Assembly: GCF_006345805.1 (NCBI RefSeq)
Contig: NC_043000.1
Location: 80,848,001 to 80,912,000, forward strand
DNA from: Octopus sinensis
Lineage: Eukaryota
Direction of reading: 5' to 3'
Length of the DNA stretch: 64,000 nucleotides
In this document: one piece after another, positions 1-12,120 of the stretch
Layout: each line of letters begins with the position of its first letter
Position numbering within the stretch: position 1 is the first letter of the stretch
Notes under the pieces: generated by a model
What the model saw: only the letters and a program-made list of their open reading frames with translations
Database searches by the model: none
Told to the model about the DNA's origin: nothing
Translations under genes and position numbers: made by a program

Positions 1-532
1 TTGAGGATCCCGTCACTCTAGCTGAGGTTCCCATCACTCACCACCATCGTATTATAATTCTGTTTGTTCCTTCCTTAGTTACTTAGTTCGTCCATCAATT
101 ACGCTCTTCATATAAATATGTGTGTCTCTCTCTATCTATAAACACACACAGAATGTTGCACATTCTTTCACTACCTCTCTATCCCTCCTCTGTTTTGAAA
201 AGTAAAAATGACATCGAAAATTTACTGTGGTAATTTGTCTTTGATTTAATAATGTGTCAATGTTACTTATACTTTTCAGTAGAGGAGGGACAGAGAGGTA
301 GTGAGAGAGAAAGAGTCAGAGTGCGAGGGAGAGGGAGAGAGAGGGGTGATAGAAAGTGTGCATGTGTGTGAAACAGAAGACAAGTAGATAGATAAATATA
401 TCGACACATTGTTAAATCAAAGAGAAATAACCACAGTAAATTTTCGATGTTACTTTTACTTTTCGATACAAAGGAGGGACAGAAAGGTAGTGAGAGAGAA
501 AGAGTCAGAGGGAGAGAGAGAGTGGTGATAGA

Positions 533-565
<33 letters not shown>

Positions 566-633
566 CGTGTGACATATATCTATACATACATGTTTAGATA
601 TGTGTAAACTGTAAATCAGGGATGGGATTTTTA

Positions 634-3600
634 TCTATATATCTAATGAAACAAATTTTGAAATTCAAATCAAATGTTATTCAAATGTAATCTACTTTGG
701 AAAAATATATCTATCTAATAAAATAAATAAATAAAACAATTTTGAAATTGAAATAAAATGTTACTCAAAATGTGGAGGTTTTTTTTTTATCGCGGGTGCC
801 TCTGACTTGTGTGGGTGCACACATCCAGAAACAACATGCAGTTGTCATGGTAACAAACTGTTAATGCTTTGCTGTCTGATGATGGGCTAAAATTACCCAA
901 ATTTTCAAACTTTAATTCTAAATAACATCAGATTCTTAATTTACAAGATAATGTAATTACCTGAGAATAATCAAAATTCAGAACTGCATTGATACACCAA
1001 AATTGAAAACAATCTGAGTAAAATTAAAGGAGGGGGGGGGGTTGAGTGAAACATTGAAGAACTATATTGCCTATAAAAGTCCATTTCTATCAATTTTTTT
1101 GTGTTTTGTATACATTTTATCGTGTATTTCTTTTGTGCTTATAAACTGCATTCATCATGAACTGGCAACAAAAACTGGAAGCTGCTTGCACGAGAATGAG
1201 GCTCTACAGACAGAGGATAAGGGAAGAGCAGAGACAGGAAATCCTAAAGAGAGACGGGCAACACTAGCAGCTGAGACGAGCATCAATGGAGGATGAACAT
1301 GAGGAACACCTGCATCATGATAGGAGGAGACAACAAATAAGATGAGAAAATATGAATGAGGAATAGCATGCACAGTACCATAAGCAGTAGAGAAACTTAT
1401 TTCAGCAAAGAGTAGAAAACATTAGTCATCATGATAGGGTTATTTATCAGCAAAACCAAAAGCGAAGATATCGAGAAAGAGTTCAAAATATGAATGCTGG
1501 TGAAATTGAAAATTTAAAGAGGCATCAGATACAGCGACAGTATGTGAGAAGACATAGGCCAGTGCTGAACAATTTAACAGAGGAGAAATGAACATTATAT
1601 GTGAATACTGTGGTGCGCTTAGGTTTAGAAATGAAAATAACAGTTGTTGCCTCAATGGAAAAGTGAACGTACCTGCACTGCAACCATATCAAGAGACACT
1701 CAAAAATTTATTTGAGGGAATTGATCAAGAGTTTATTTCATTCCGTAGAAATATCAGAAATTACAATTGTACCTTCTCCTTTGCGTCATTTGGAGTCAAA
1801 CTTGAAGCACTTCGAGGAAGGGATCCATATTGCTTCTGCATTCAGGGCCAAACTAACCACACAATGACAAACCTACATCCTGCTAATGCTCAACTGCAAT
1901 ACTGCCAGTTATACATCATTGATGCGGATGAAGCTCTGCAGCACAGGATGGATGCACATCAAAATTCTGAGTGTTCCCCTGTTACTATGAGAAAAATAAG
2001 TGTTGTTATCCACCAAATTAATCCTTATGCAGAATTGTACAAGAAAATGCATGCAGTTAAATAAGGAGAGGAGAGAGCCAGAAGAGACAATGTGCCAATA
2101 CGGAGATTTGAGTTACGTTTCAGGAGAGGATCCGGTATTAGACGCTACAATTTCCCCACCAGCAATGAAATAGCAGCAATGTTTGCTGGAGAAAATTGGT
2201 GCCCCTCCTGAAAATAGAGACATTATTGTGCATTCCAGAGATGCTCCTCCTGAAAAAATAATTTACTCGTCGTGCCACTTGACACTATGAGCTACCCAAT
2301 TCTGTTTCCCCATGGGAATTTGGATGGCATTTTGAGATGCAACATGTTGAGGAACACCAGACATGTGTGCGTAATCGTCTGACAGTGCAAGAATACTACA
2401 GCTATCGTCTGACATTCAGAGATGGGCTTAGTGTTATTCATAGAGCTGAAAAATTATTTCAATAGTATGTTGTAGATGTATATGTCAAGGTTGAAGATTG
2501 CAGGTTGCAATATCTTAGGAACAATCCAACCTAGTTGTGAGTGAAAAGGTACAACAGATTGATGGACTATTTGAACACAGCAGCAGATGAGAATATTGAA
2601 CCAGGAGTGCAAGTGATACTGCCTTCCTCATTCACAGGCAGTCCAAAGAATATGCACTAATATTTTCAGGATGTCATGTTAATTGTTTCAAAATGTGCTA
2701 AGCTAGATTTGTTCATCCCTTACACTTGCAATTTGAAGTGCCTTGAGATAGTTGATAATCTACAGCAAAATGAAACACCTGAAAATAGGCCAGATTTAGT
2801 TGCCCGAGTGCAGAAGTCACACCTTGCAGAACTTATGAGGGACATAAAGGATAGACACATTTTTGCAGTGCCAGTGGCTCATGTCCATGTCATTGAGTTT
2901 CAGAAGAGAGGTCTTCCCCACTGCCACATGTTGGTAGTGTTAAGAAATGAGGACAAACTGAGAAACAGTGATGACATAGATAGGATCGTTACAGCTGAAA
3001 TCCCTGATGCCAATGATGATCCACTCTTGCATGATTTAGAAAAAAAATGCATGACACATGGCCCTTGTGGAACAGATAATCCTTCCTCCCCTTGCATGGA
3101 AAATGGTTCATATCAAAAGAAATTCCCAAAGAACTACAGAGATGAAATGCTTCTGAATTTGAATAGCTATCAAGAGTACAGAAGATGCTATACTGGAATC
3201 ACAGCTCAAGTTTGACATCACTCAGTTGACAACAGGAACGTTGTGCCATACAGTGCCTACCTATTGAAAAAGCCCAGAGCTCACATTAATGTAGAAATTT
3301 GTTTATCCGTGAAAAGCCTTAAATATATCTTCAAATACATGTACAAGGGACATAACTGTGCTTCTGTTGAAGTAAGAGACAGTAGCGGATCATAAGCAGA
3401 ATCAAGCTCACAATGAAATTACTAATTATCTTGCTTGCCGATATGTTTCTTCTCTGGAAGCTATGTGGAAACTGTCAGAGTTCAAGCTACTTGATGCATC
3501 TCACACTGTCTACAGACTTGCAGTACATCTTGAAGGCCAGCAAAGAGTTTACTTTCACAGAGACAGCACTCAGCAAGCTGCTCAAGCAGAGAGGGACCAT

Positions 3601-4340
3601 GACACTACCCTCACTGCATGGTTCAAACTGAATGAGCTTGACAATGATGATGCAAGGAACCACTTCCACACTGACATTCCGCTGTGTTATGTGTTTAATG
3701 AGCGCACTAGAACATGGACATCAAGGCAAAGGAATACTAATATCATCAGTAGAATGTATACAGTGAGCCCTAGAAACACAGAAAAATTTCACTTGTGAAT
3801 GTTGCTGCTGCATGTTTCAGGCGCCATGAACTTCCAGGATTTGCACACTGTAGAAGGAGAAATCTTGCCAATAGTTAAGGCAGCATGCCTGAGATATGGT
3901 CTTCTCTCAAATGATGACACACTGGAACATGCATTGCTAGAAGCTGCTGCCTGTCGGATGCCCTTACAGTTGCATGTTATGTTTGCTGCCCTGTGCATGT
4001 ATATGAACTCTGAAAATGCTCTTCACCTGTAGACCACTTACAAGGAATCCATGATTGAAGATATCTTGCACCAAGGTTTTAATGCAGAACACACAGAAAA
4101 CATGGCACTGCACTCAATTGATGCAATTCTGATAGAGAATGGCATTAATTGTTTAGCAATTGGGCTGCCTGAACTTATTGGAGTACTGCATCTTGGCCAT
4201 CATGAAGACCTCAATCATCCAGGCATTGCAACACTTACTGATGAACAGAGACTGATTGCTAATGCTGTGCTTGAATATGTTGAAGAGGAGAGGTGGCAAA
4301 CCATCCAACTCATGCCAGAATGGAGAACTGACCTTAACAG
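634..4340 (+). mobile_element. Degenerate Helitron (Rep region present, PIF1 helicase missing); many stops and frameshifts
   Basis: R/E-rich N-terminal repeats (~1150-1500). CEYCGALRF..CCLNGKV zinc motif and FRRNIRNYNCTFSFASFG (ORF 1588-2064). Rep motif 1 FIPYTCN, HUH motif VIEFQKRGLPHCH (~2889-2927), HGPCG..NPSSPCM and motif 3 KYIFKYMYKGH (~3321-3353). Then VYRLAVHL, RMYTVSP and LTDEQ (~4237), but no Walker A follows. The 5' boundary (A|TC at 634) is tentative. Confidence 0.9.
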
Positions 4341-5947
4341 ATGATGATGATCTATGTATGAGAGAGTCAGACACAATATCTAATAATATGGCACACTGAG
4401 GCTGAGTGTGCTTATAACTTTATCCTGTATAGAGCCATGCTGATGCTCCCTGAAAATAATAAGAACTGTATTGTTGTTCTTGTGTGGTATATCCATTTAT
4501 TTACACTGGGTAGGCATAAATGGGTAGGTAGTTTAGTTGATGTAGTGCACTGATTGTTGAAGTCATTACAAGGCCCATTATCCTGTATGTGTGAGTGCGC
4601 ATTTGTATTTATCATGAAGGTGTGTATATATTTATCTGTATGTGTTTTTAAATATTTAGATCTCTGTAGAAAGTTGTGTGTATGTGTATGTGTTTCTACA
4701 CACACACACACACATGACTGCAGCATTCCTTCTCTGTAAGGAATAGTGTTTATCTATATGGATGTGTGGTTCTATGTATTTAAAGCTAACAATAAGTGGC
4801 AGGTTTACTTTAATTTTTTTCCAGTAATATCTCATTAAATATTCATCTCCCTTTAACAATCTTGAAAATTTTTCTACACACACACACATACACACCACAT
4901 TTTTTTTTTACACTCTTGAAAACTTAAACATCAGCAGTTTTGTCTTTCTATATTATTTCTATGTTGAATCAGATTTTAAAATAAAAGTTTTAAAATAAAC
5001 TCTAAATAAAATTATTTTTAATGACCAGTTTTGCAATTTATTGATTATGACTTTCAAAACGGAACAATTTTATATTCTTAGTCTCGTCATGGTTAATATA
5101 TAATAGCAATTAACAACTTCAAGTTTTTTTATCCCATCGGAATAAATTAATGATTTTGTAATATTTTAAAATTATTTTTATTTTTATCTTTGTTTATATT
5201 TTTTAATTGTTCATCTTTTGATATTTTTTTGTGCATATATGTGGTTTATTATCTAATTAAAAAAAAAACCTATTTTTATTATTTGTTATTTTTGAACTTG
5301 CTTATATTGTTGCATCAAAAAAAGAAGAAAAAAAGAAAGAACAAAATGACTTTGAAAATCATTGATTCCCCAAGAGTGCTAAACGCCAAGTTCTGAAATG
5401 GGAAGTACCAAATATTTGCAGCTAACAATGTAAGATGTCATTAGTATATTCTATACTTTATAAACATAAATATAAGTTAATGCAGTGAATTACTTTAAAA
5501 AATTAATTACATATGTTTAAATGCCTGAATAGCGTGCAGAAAATGTGAAATAGATAGCAATAGAGCATAAAAGTATATTATGCTTATAATGTGAAAATAA
5601 TGAAATATGTTATAGAAATATGAAAATATTAGCAGTCATTATCTAATATGTGCTTTTTCTTCATGGTACATTTGTTTTTAATTAGCTTTTCAGTGGTTTG
5701 ATATAATTAGCATAGGTAAAGGCATGGGTGTGAGGTTAAGAATTTCACCTCACTACCACATGATTCTGACTTCGATCGCTGCATGGTACCTTGAGCAAGT
5801 ATCTTCAACTATATCCTTGCATGTATGTATGTGTGTTTATGTATGTGTGTGTATACATATATATATATATATATTATATATATATATATATAATATATAG
5901 ATAGGTAGGTAGGTATAGATAAGTGTAGAGATATATGTGTGTGTGTA

Positions 5948-5993
<46 letters not shown>

Positions 5994-6223
5994 TTGCAGG
6001 GATACATTATCCAGGTGGATACTGTGTTTGCTCTGTGAGCAGAGTTTAATTCAAAGTGGATCTAATATACAGACCCTGATGAAACTGCACTGACATTGTT
6101 GCAAGGTTGCATCTGCAATGGTGTACAGTTGCAGTGCAAACACATATAAGTCATGGTAATATGCTGTGTATGACTGTAAACTGAATTATCGATGTACAAA
6201 TCTCCATCCTCCTTATTATTAAC

Positions 6224-6274
<51 letters not shown>

Positions 6275-6285
6275 TTTATAGAAGG

Positions 6286-6336
6286 AGCCTCTACAGGACT
6301 AGAACTGTTTCATTCAAATGAAATCATCAGGAAGCT
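6286..6336 (-). ncRNA. Type I hammerhead ribozyme motif (left arm copy)
   Basis: Minus strand: AGCTTC-CTGATGA-TTTCATTTGAAT-GAAA-CAG-TTCTAGTC-CTG-TA-GAGGCT. Stem I is 6 bp with one G.U pair. Confidence 0.7.
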
Positions 6337-6527
6337 TGCTGCCAAAATAAGTTTTGGCATTTATACATTTAGGCAGGTTTAATGGGGTGGTGGTGGGGGA
6401 CATTTTTTGGGTAAGCAGGGCACAAACTGTCTTTCTTAGGGGAGTGGTCAAAAGAATCAGTGATAAAGTAAATAAATGAATAAATAGAATAATTGAATAG
6501 AGTTTTAGGTAAATAAGAAGACTATCG

Positions 6528-6565
<38 letters not shown>

Positions 6566-7027
6566 TACATACACATACATACACACACATACACATACAT
6601 ATACACACACATATATATACATACACACATATATACAAATACACATACACATACATGCCAACACGCAAACACACGCACACATATATCTACACATATATAA
6701 ATAAATATACACACCCATACACACACACATATATATATATGTATATATACATACGTATACACACACATTTTTATATACATATATACACACATATATATAC
6801 ACACACATATATATATATACATATATACACACACATACATATACTCATACATACACACACATGTGTGTATGTATGAGTATATGTATGTGTGTGTATATAT
6901 GTATATATATATATATGTATGTGTGTATATATGTATATATATATATATGTATGTGTGTATATATGTATATATATATATATATGTGTGTATATATGTATAT
7001 ATATATATATGTATGTGTGTATATATG

Positions 7028-7058
<31 letters not shown>

Positions 7059-7211
7059 ATGGGTGTGTATATTTATTTATATATGTGTAGATATATGTGT
7101 GCGTGTGTTTGCGTGTTGGCATGTATGTGTATGTGTATTTGTATATATGTGTGTATGTATATATATGTGTGTGTGTATGTATGTGTATGTGTGTGTATGT
7201 ATGTGTATGTA

Positions 7212-7249
<38 letters not shown>

Positions 7250-7442
7250 AGCGATAGTCTTCTTATTTACCTAAAACTCTATTCAATTATTCTATTTATT
7301 CATTTATTTACTTTATCACTGATTCTTTTGACCACTCCCCTAAGAAAGACAGTTTGTGCCCTGCTTACCCAAAAAATGTCCCCCACCACCACCCCATTAA
7401 ACCTGCCTAAATGTATAAATGCCAAAACTTATTTTGACAGCA

Positions 7443-7493
7443 AGCTTCCTGATGATTTCATTTGAATGAAACAGTTCTAGTCCTGTAGAAGTT
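7443..7493 (+). ncRNA. Type I hammerhead ribozyme motif (right arm copy); predicted cleavage 3' of 7487
   Basis: AGCTTC (7443-48), CTGATGA (7449-55), stem II TTC/GAA with a U.U at 10.1/11.1, GAAA (7468-71), CAG/CTG stem III, TA (7486-87), GAAGTT (7488-93). Confidence 0.7.
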
Positions 7494-8199
7494 CCTTCTA
7501 TAAAATAAATTAATTTACTCTGCTATGTATTGAGTACCTTATTTACTGTGGTTAACCCCGACTCAACCCGGGACCTACATATATATATATATATGTATGT
7601 ATATATATATATATACACACACACATACATACAGAGATAGATATTGGACAACCAAAACTCAACACTGATTTTTCATTCACTTTCTATTTCCTCTTATTCT
7701 TTTCCGTCGAAGAGTGCAGGTTCGAAATGTAAAAGACATTTCCATTTTTCCCAAGTGTCAAATTAATACACTTTCTTGTTGTTCCAACTCTTGTCTTCAT
7801 CTTTGTTTTTCTCTAAATTTGAACTATATATATATATATATGTATGTATACACACATACACATGAAGATAGATAAATATGCATCTATGTTTGTGTGTGTT
7901 ATACATATGTATATTCTCTCATGGTGTTGAGAAATATATTCTTGGTTATGGCATATAACCGCAACTCTTTCACACCTATTTCACTTGTCAATGCCTCTTC
8001 AGACATGCTGGCCAGAAATGCAAACCCTCTTTTATACTGCAGGTGAATATATAGTTCAAAAAGCAAAATATTTTGTTGCTGCTGTTGTGAAAGAAAATTC
8101 ATTTTGGCAACCTGGTCATCCCCTTTTTTGGACTAAAGAGCAGAAAATGTGTACACTGATGCAGCTGAGCCACAGCTAACATTGTACCATGGTACACAT

Positions 8200-8325
8200 G
8201 GTGGATAAAGCAATTGAGAACATGAAAAGAAAGAAAGCTGCAGGTTCATCAGGGATAGTTGTGGAGATGTTCAAAATTTTCAATGAAGTAGGGTACATGA
8301 TTACCACCCTGACAGTCGACTAAGT
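8200..8325 (+). mobile_element. Short RTE-LINE ORF2 fragment (pre-RT region)
   Basis: Translates VDKAIENMKRKKAAGSSGIVVEMFK, resembling the KA.GPSGI..EM motif upstream of non-LTR RT. Confidence 0.55.
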
Positions 8326-8329
8326 TATA

Positions 8330-8947
8330 CACTGAAATACAAAAGAAATGCGTGACGAGTGTGACTGAAATATGTTTTAATTTCATTATGTCAGATATAA
8401 ATTTTGATAAATCTGATAAAGTCAATTTCTTGGATGCACTTTGTCTATAGTCTATGGGTCATTGTCATGTGTTCTGGTAGTGGGCAGATCCAGCAAATCG
8501 AGATTGTAGGGCATGACAGGTTCAATACCGTGTATGCCCTCCCTGAGTGTTCAAAATGACCCTACACTGTTGGTACATGGAGTGCATGAAGCAGTTCACT
8601 AAAGCCATTGGCACCTTTGTCCACACTCTGAGGAAAGCTGGCTCCAGCTCCACATGAGTTACCAGCCTTGGGACCACCTGGTTCAGCTGTCTCTGGATTT
8701 CATCCCACAGGTGTTCAGTTGGGCTCACATCCAGGCTGAGAACTGGCCACGTCATGGTTCTCATGTTGTGCTGCCGCAGGAAGTCCGTGGTGACCCTGGT
8801 TGTGTGGGAGGGAGCATTGTCCTGCTGGGACACCTGACTATGGTGACATGCAAAAAAGGGCACGATTTGAGGTCTTAGGATCTGGTCAATATAGCACTGT
8901 GATATCACATGACACTCAAAGGCACTCTCTTTTCTTCGAAGACAGTG
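8330..8947 (-). mobile_element. Internally deleted Tc1-family DNA transposon (DD34E C-terminal part)
   Basis: ORF 8522-8908: QQDNAPSH...WPVLSLDVSPTEHLW, with 34 residues between D and E, ending GGHTRY. TA|CACTG at 8328-8334 and a degenerate CAGTG at 8943-8947 are putative TIR ends. Confidence 0.85.
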
Positions 8948-8949
8948 TC

Positions 8950-9215
8950 TGTCAATATCACTGTTTTAGTAAAATTTGCTGTTGATGTTAGAATCTTTGG
9001 AAAGGATTTTTTCTATAGAACAGTTGGGTATCAAAAATGTTGGTATCGGTTATGGGCACTGAAAATGCATTGTGGGATGTTGTCATGTAAGAGGAAAACT
9101 CTGGCTTCCACATATTTTCCAGTCTGCTGTAATTTCTATGTTTACTCTATTTTTGTTCCTACCTTTGTATCATATATTTTCATCAATACCTACATATTTG
9201 TAGCACTTCTTTTGT
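8950..9215 (-). mobile_element. R4/Dong-like non-LTR fragment (post-RT region)
   Basis: Minus translation gives YKYVGIDENI, HNAFSVP and SDIDR, with stops. Confidence 0.55.
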
Positions 9216-9509
9216 GGAACAAGAGAGAGAGAAAGAGAGACTACTGATGTTAAGATTTTGAGTTTAGAGAACAGTTTTTCAATGTTCACTTGTTAAATAT
9301 GGACACTTCCTGTGGTCAAACTCCAGCCCTATATCAATAGAAAATGTGATGAAATCCAAATGTGTGTCAGTATTGTAAATATTTCAATCATAGGCCCCTG
9401 AAAATAATAAAATACTTCTCAAGTTCAGGCGATAATATAATCGATTGTTCTCCTCCAGAAAATTTCTGGCCTTGTGCTTATGTTAGAAACAATTATTAAT
9501 ATTATTATT

Positions 9510-9740
9510 AGTAGTTAAGGCAACAAGCTGACAGAATTGTTAAGATGCCAGGCAAAATGTTTAGTGGCATTTCATCCATCTTTAAATTCTGAGTTCAAAT
9601 TCTGCTGAGATTGACTTTGCCTTTCATCCTTTTTGGGTCAATAAAATAAGTACCAGCTGAATACTGGGGTGGGGGGTGGGGATAATCGACTTATCCTCCA
9701 CCTCTGAAAGTACTGTTTTTCTGCCAAAATTTGAAACTAA
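9510..9740 (+). mobile_element. tRNA-derived SINE, family B (degenerate)
   Basis: GAGTTCAAATTC B-box and GACTTTGCCTTTCATCC core shared with more than 12 copies in the window. Confidence 0.8.
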
Positions 9741-10211
9741 TATTATTATTAATAATTGTAGTAATTTCATTTTTACTATTTAATCACCTTTCCAGATGTG
9801 TTTTTGATATTGTACACCAAGGGTGGATTCTAACAAGTTTTAACTTCATAGCAGAATTTATTTCATACACAGAGTACCTGACTATCAAAAGTCTGCCTAT
9901 ACAAGATTTAGGCAAAAAGTAAAAAAATACAATAATAAAAAAAATTTGTTACACAATTTTTTTTAAAATCTAGTTTACATGCATGCATTAAATGGCAAAG
10001 TGAAACATCTACCAAAACAACCATATTGAAGGAAAATGCGTTTCCATGGATTTAAGCAGTAAAAGAAAAAGAAGACATACCAAAATATTTTGCAGCAAAA
10101 TACATGATCTTTGGAATGAAAAAATATTGACCTTTCTTTGTTGAGAGTGAGCTTAGCGATATGGTTGACAAAAACGATAATCACATGCGCACACACACAT
10201 ACACACACACA

Positions 10212-10281
<70 letters not shown>

Positions 10282-11239
10282 TAAAGATTTTGTTATAGAG
10301 AAATGAAGGATAAAGTTGACTTCAGTGGGATTTCAACTTAGAATGGAGCAAAATACTGCAAGGTAGTTTGTTCAATCTTATAATAATTCTGCTTGTCATT
10401 GCATTACTTAGCCTGTGGGTAATGCTTTCACATGATTAGTGAAAAAGGGGGAGAAAGAAAAAGAGGGAGGGAGAAAAAGTGAGAGTGAGAAGCATCCACG
10501 ACGTGAGGTAGAGGGAATGTAATTGTAATACTTTCATGTGATTATTTGAAGGGAAAGAGAGGAGAGAAAAAAGGAGGATAAGGTGAAGACTGAGACAGAA
10601 AGAGGGAGAAACAAAAAAGAGGGAGAGAGAAGAGTCCCTGACATAATATTTATTACATGGTTAAAGTGTTAAAGGTAGAAGAAGAGAGTTAAAAAGATAA
10701 TTTTAGCAGAGGGGTGATGTTCTGATGGTGAGGTTAAAGCAAGAGAGAGAGAGAGAGAGATGGAGGTGGTGGAGATTGGATAGTGAAAAGTGTATTTTTT
10801 TTTTATTGAACTAAGTTTTTTTTTATCACCTATCACTTAACACTTGTGCATAAGTGCAATTCCATGAAATATTCATGCTTATTTACATGGCAGATATATG
10901 CAATTTAACTAAAGGTTGTATCATATGTACAGGATATTTTTTTGTTTATGGGAAAATTTGAAAAATAAGAGTCAATATTTATTTTATGAGTGCTGTGTAT
11001 TAAGTCTATAAAATTGTACATAAAATATATAAAATTTTTATATAAAGTGCATTAAGTAATCATTGTATTCCAATTTCTTTCACTTTTATATGAGTATCAA
11101 ATGAGTGACTATCTTTCCATACAGACACAACACAAGCTGCACATTCAGGTTTTTTGGATAAAGTTTCCAGAAACAACCCAATAGGTTTATCATTAATTCC
11201 ATGAAATATTTACAGGTCACACTAGTCCTGTAATATTCT

Positions 11240-11995
11240 GCCAAATATAATAACAATAAATAATAGCTATAATAATGATTTTAAATTTTGGCACAGGTCA
11301 GTAACTTTAGGGGAGGGTGTAAGTAAATTACATCAATCCCAGGGATCAATTGGTACTTAATTTATTTTATTGATCCCAAAAGATGAAAGGCAAAGTCAAC
11401 CTTGCAGGTATGCAATTCTAAGTGGAATGGGTTAGACAATATTTTCCCCTGTACTTGATTAGTAATCATTATCATCATTTAACATCCGTTGTTCATGCTG
11501 GCATGGGTTGGATGGTTTGACTAGGGCTGGTAAGCTGAGGGGCTGTACCAGACTCCTGTCTATTATAGGCACAAGGCCTGGGATTTGGGGAAGGGGGATA
11601 AGTCAATTATATCGACCCCAGTACTTGAGATGTACTTATTTTATCAACCCCAAAAGGATGAAAGGCAAAGTCAATCTCGGTGAAATTTGAACTCAGAACG
11701 TCAAGACAGATGCTAACGATTCTGTCAGCTCACCTCCTTGATGATGATGATAATAATAATAATAACAGCAATTACAATAATGATAGTTTTGAATTTAGGC
11801 ACAAGGCCAGCAATTTTGGTGTGAGGGGTAAGTTGATTACATCGACCCCAGTGTTCAGCTGATACTTATTTTCTTAACCCTGAAAGGATGAAAGGCAAAA
11901 TCAGCCTCAGCAAAATTTGAACCCAGAATGTGAAGATTGACTAACTGCTAAGCCTTTTGCTCATCATTCTAATGATCCTGCCAGCTCACTGCCTT
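11240..11995 (-). mobile_element. Cluster of three co-oriented family-B SINE copies plus one RTE 3'-end fragment (~11470-11560)
   Basis: Repeated GGATGAAAGGCAAAGTCAAC...GAAATTTGAACTCAG and GGCACAAGG units separated by (TAA)/(GAT) tails. Confidence 0.8.
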
Positions 11996-12120
11996 GGTAA
12001 TAATAATAGTAATAAAATGATAACAGCGATAATAATATTAATTTGAAGTTAATGCTGAGTCTAATAGGCAAATGTTATTATAAATGTCACTATTTACAAC
12101 ACCAGTGCCTGATTCCACAC

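Larger units (their letters stand above)
6269..7510. repeat. ~1.24-kb inverted duplication (arms ~6269-6745 and ~7030-7510) around a microsatellite spacer; Penelope pLTR/retrozyme-like
   Basis: The ORF track gives the same peptide (SDSLLIYLKLYS...KLPDDFI) on opposite strands (6314-6832 minus; 7097-7465 plus). I see 3 mismatches in the ~260-bp non-repetitive part of the arms. Confidence 0.95.

Noticed and set aside
841-854. RFX X-box-like palindrome GTTGTCATGGTAAC
   Set aside because: A single short motif inside a Helitron 5' region with no supported promoter or gene nearby.
6314-7465. Many long ORFs (MCIYVYIY..., MPTRKHTHTY...)
   Set aside because: These are translations of (CA/TA/TG)n microsatellites, which lack stop codons in some frames; not proteins.
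7697-7737. Possible minimal hammerhead (TCGAAGAG..TTCGAAATGTAAAAG)
   Set aside because: It has GAAA and a possible TCTTT/AAAGA stem I, but no register gives both an acceptable CUGANGA core and a contiguous stem I. It may be a decayed PLE terminus; a family consensus is needed.
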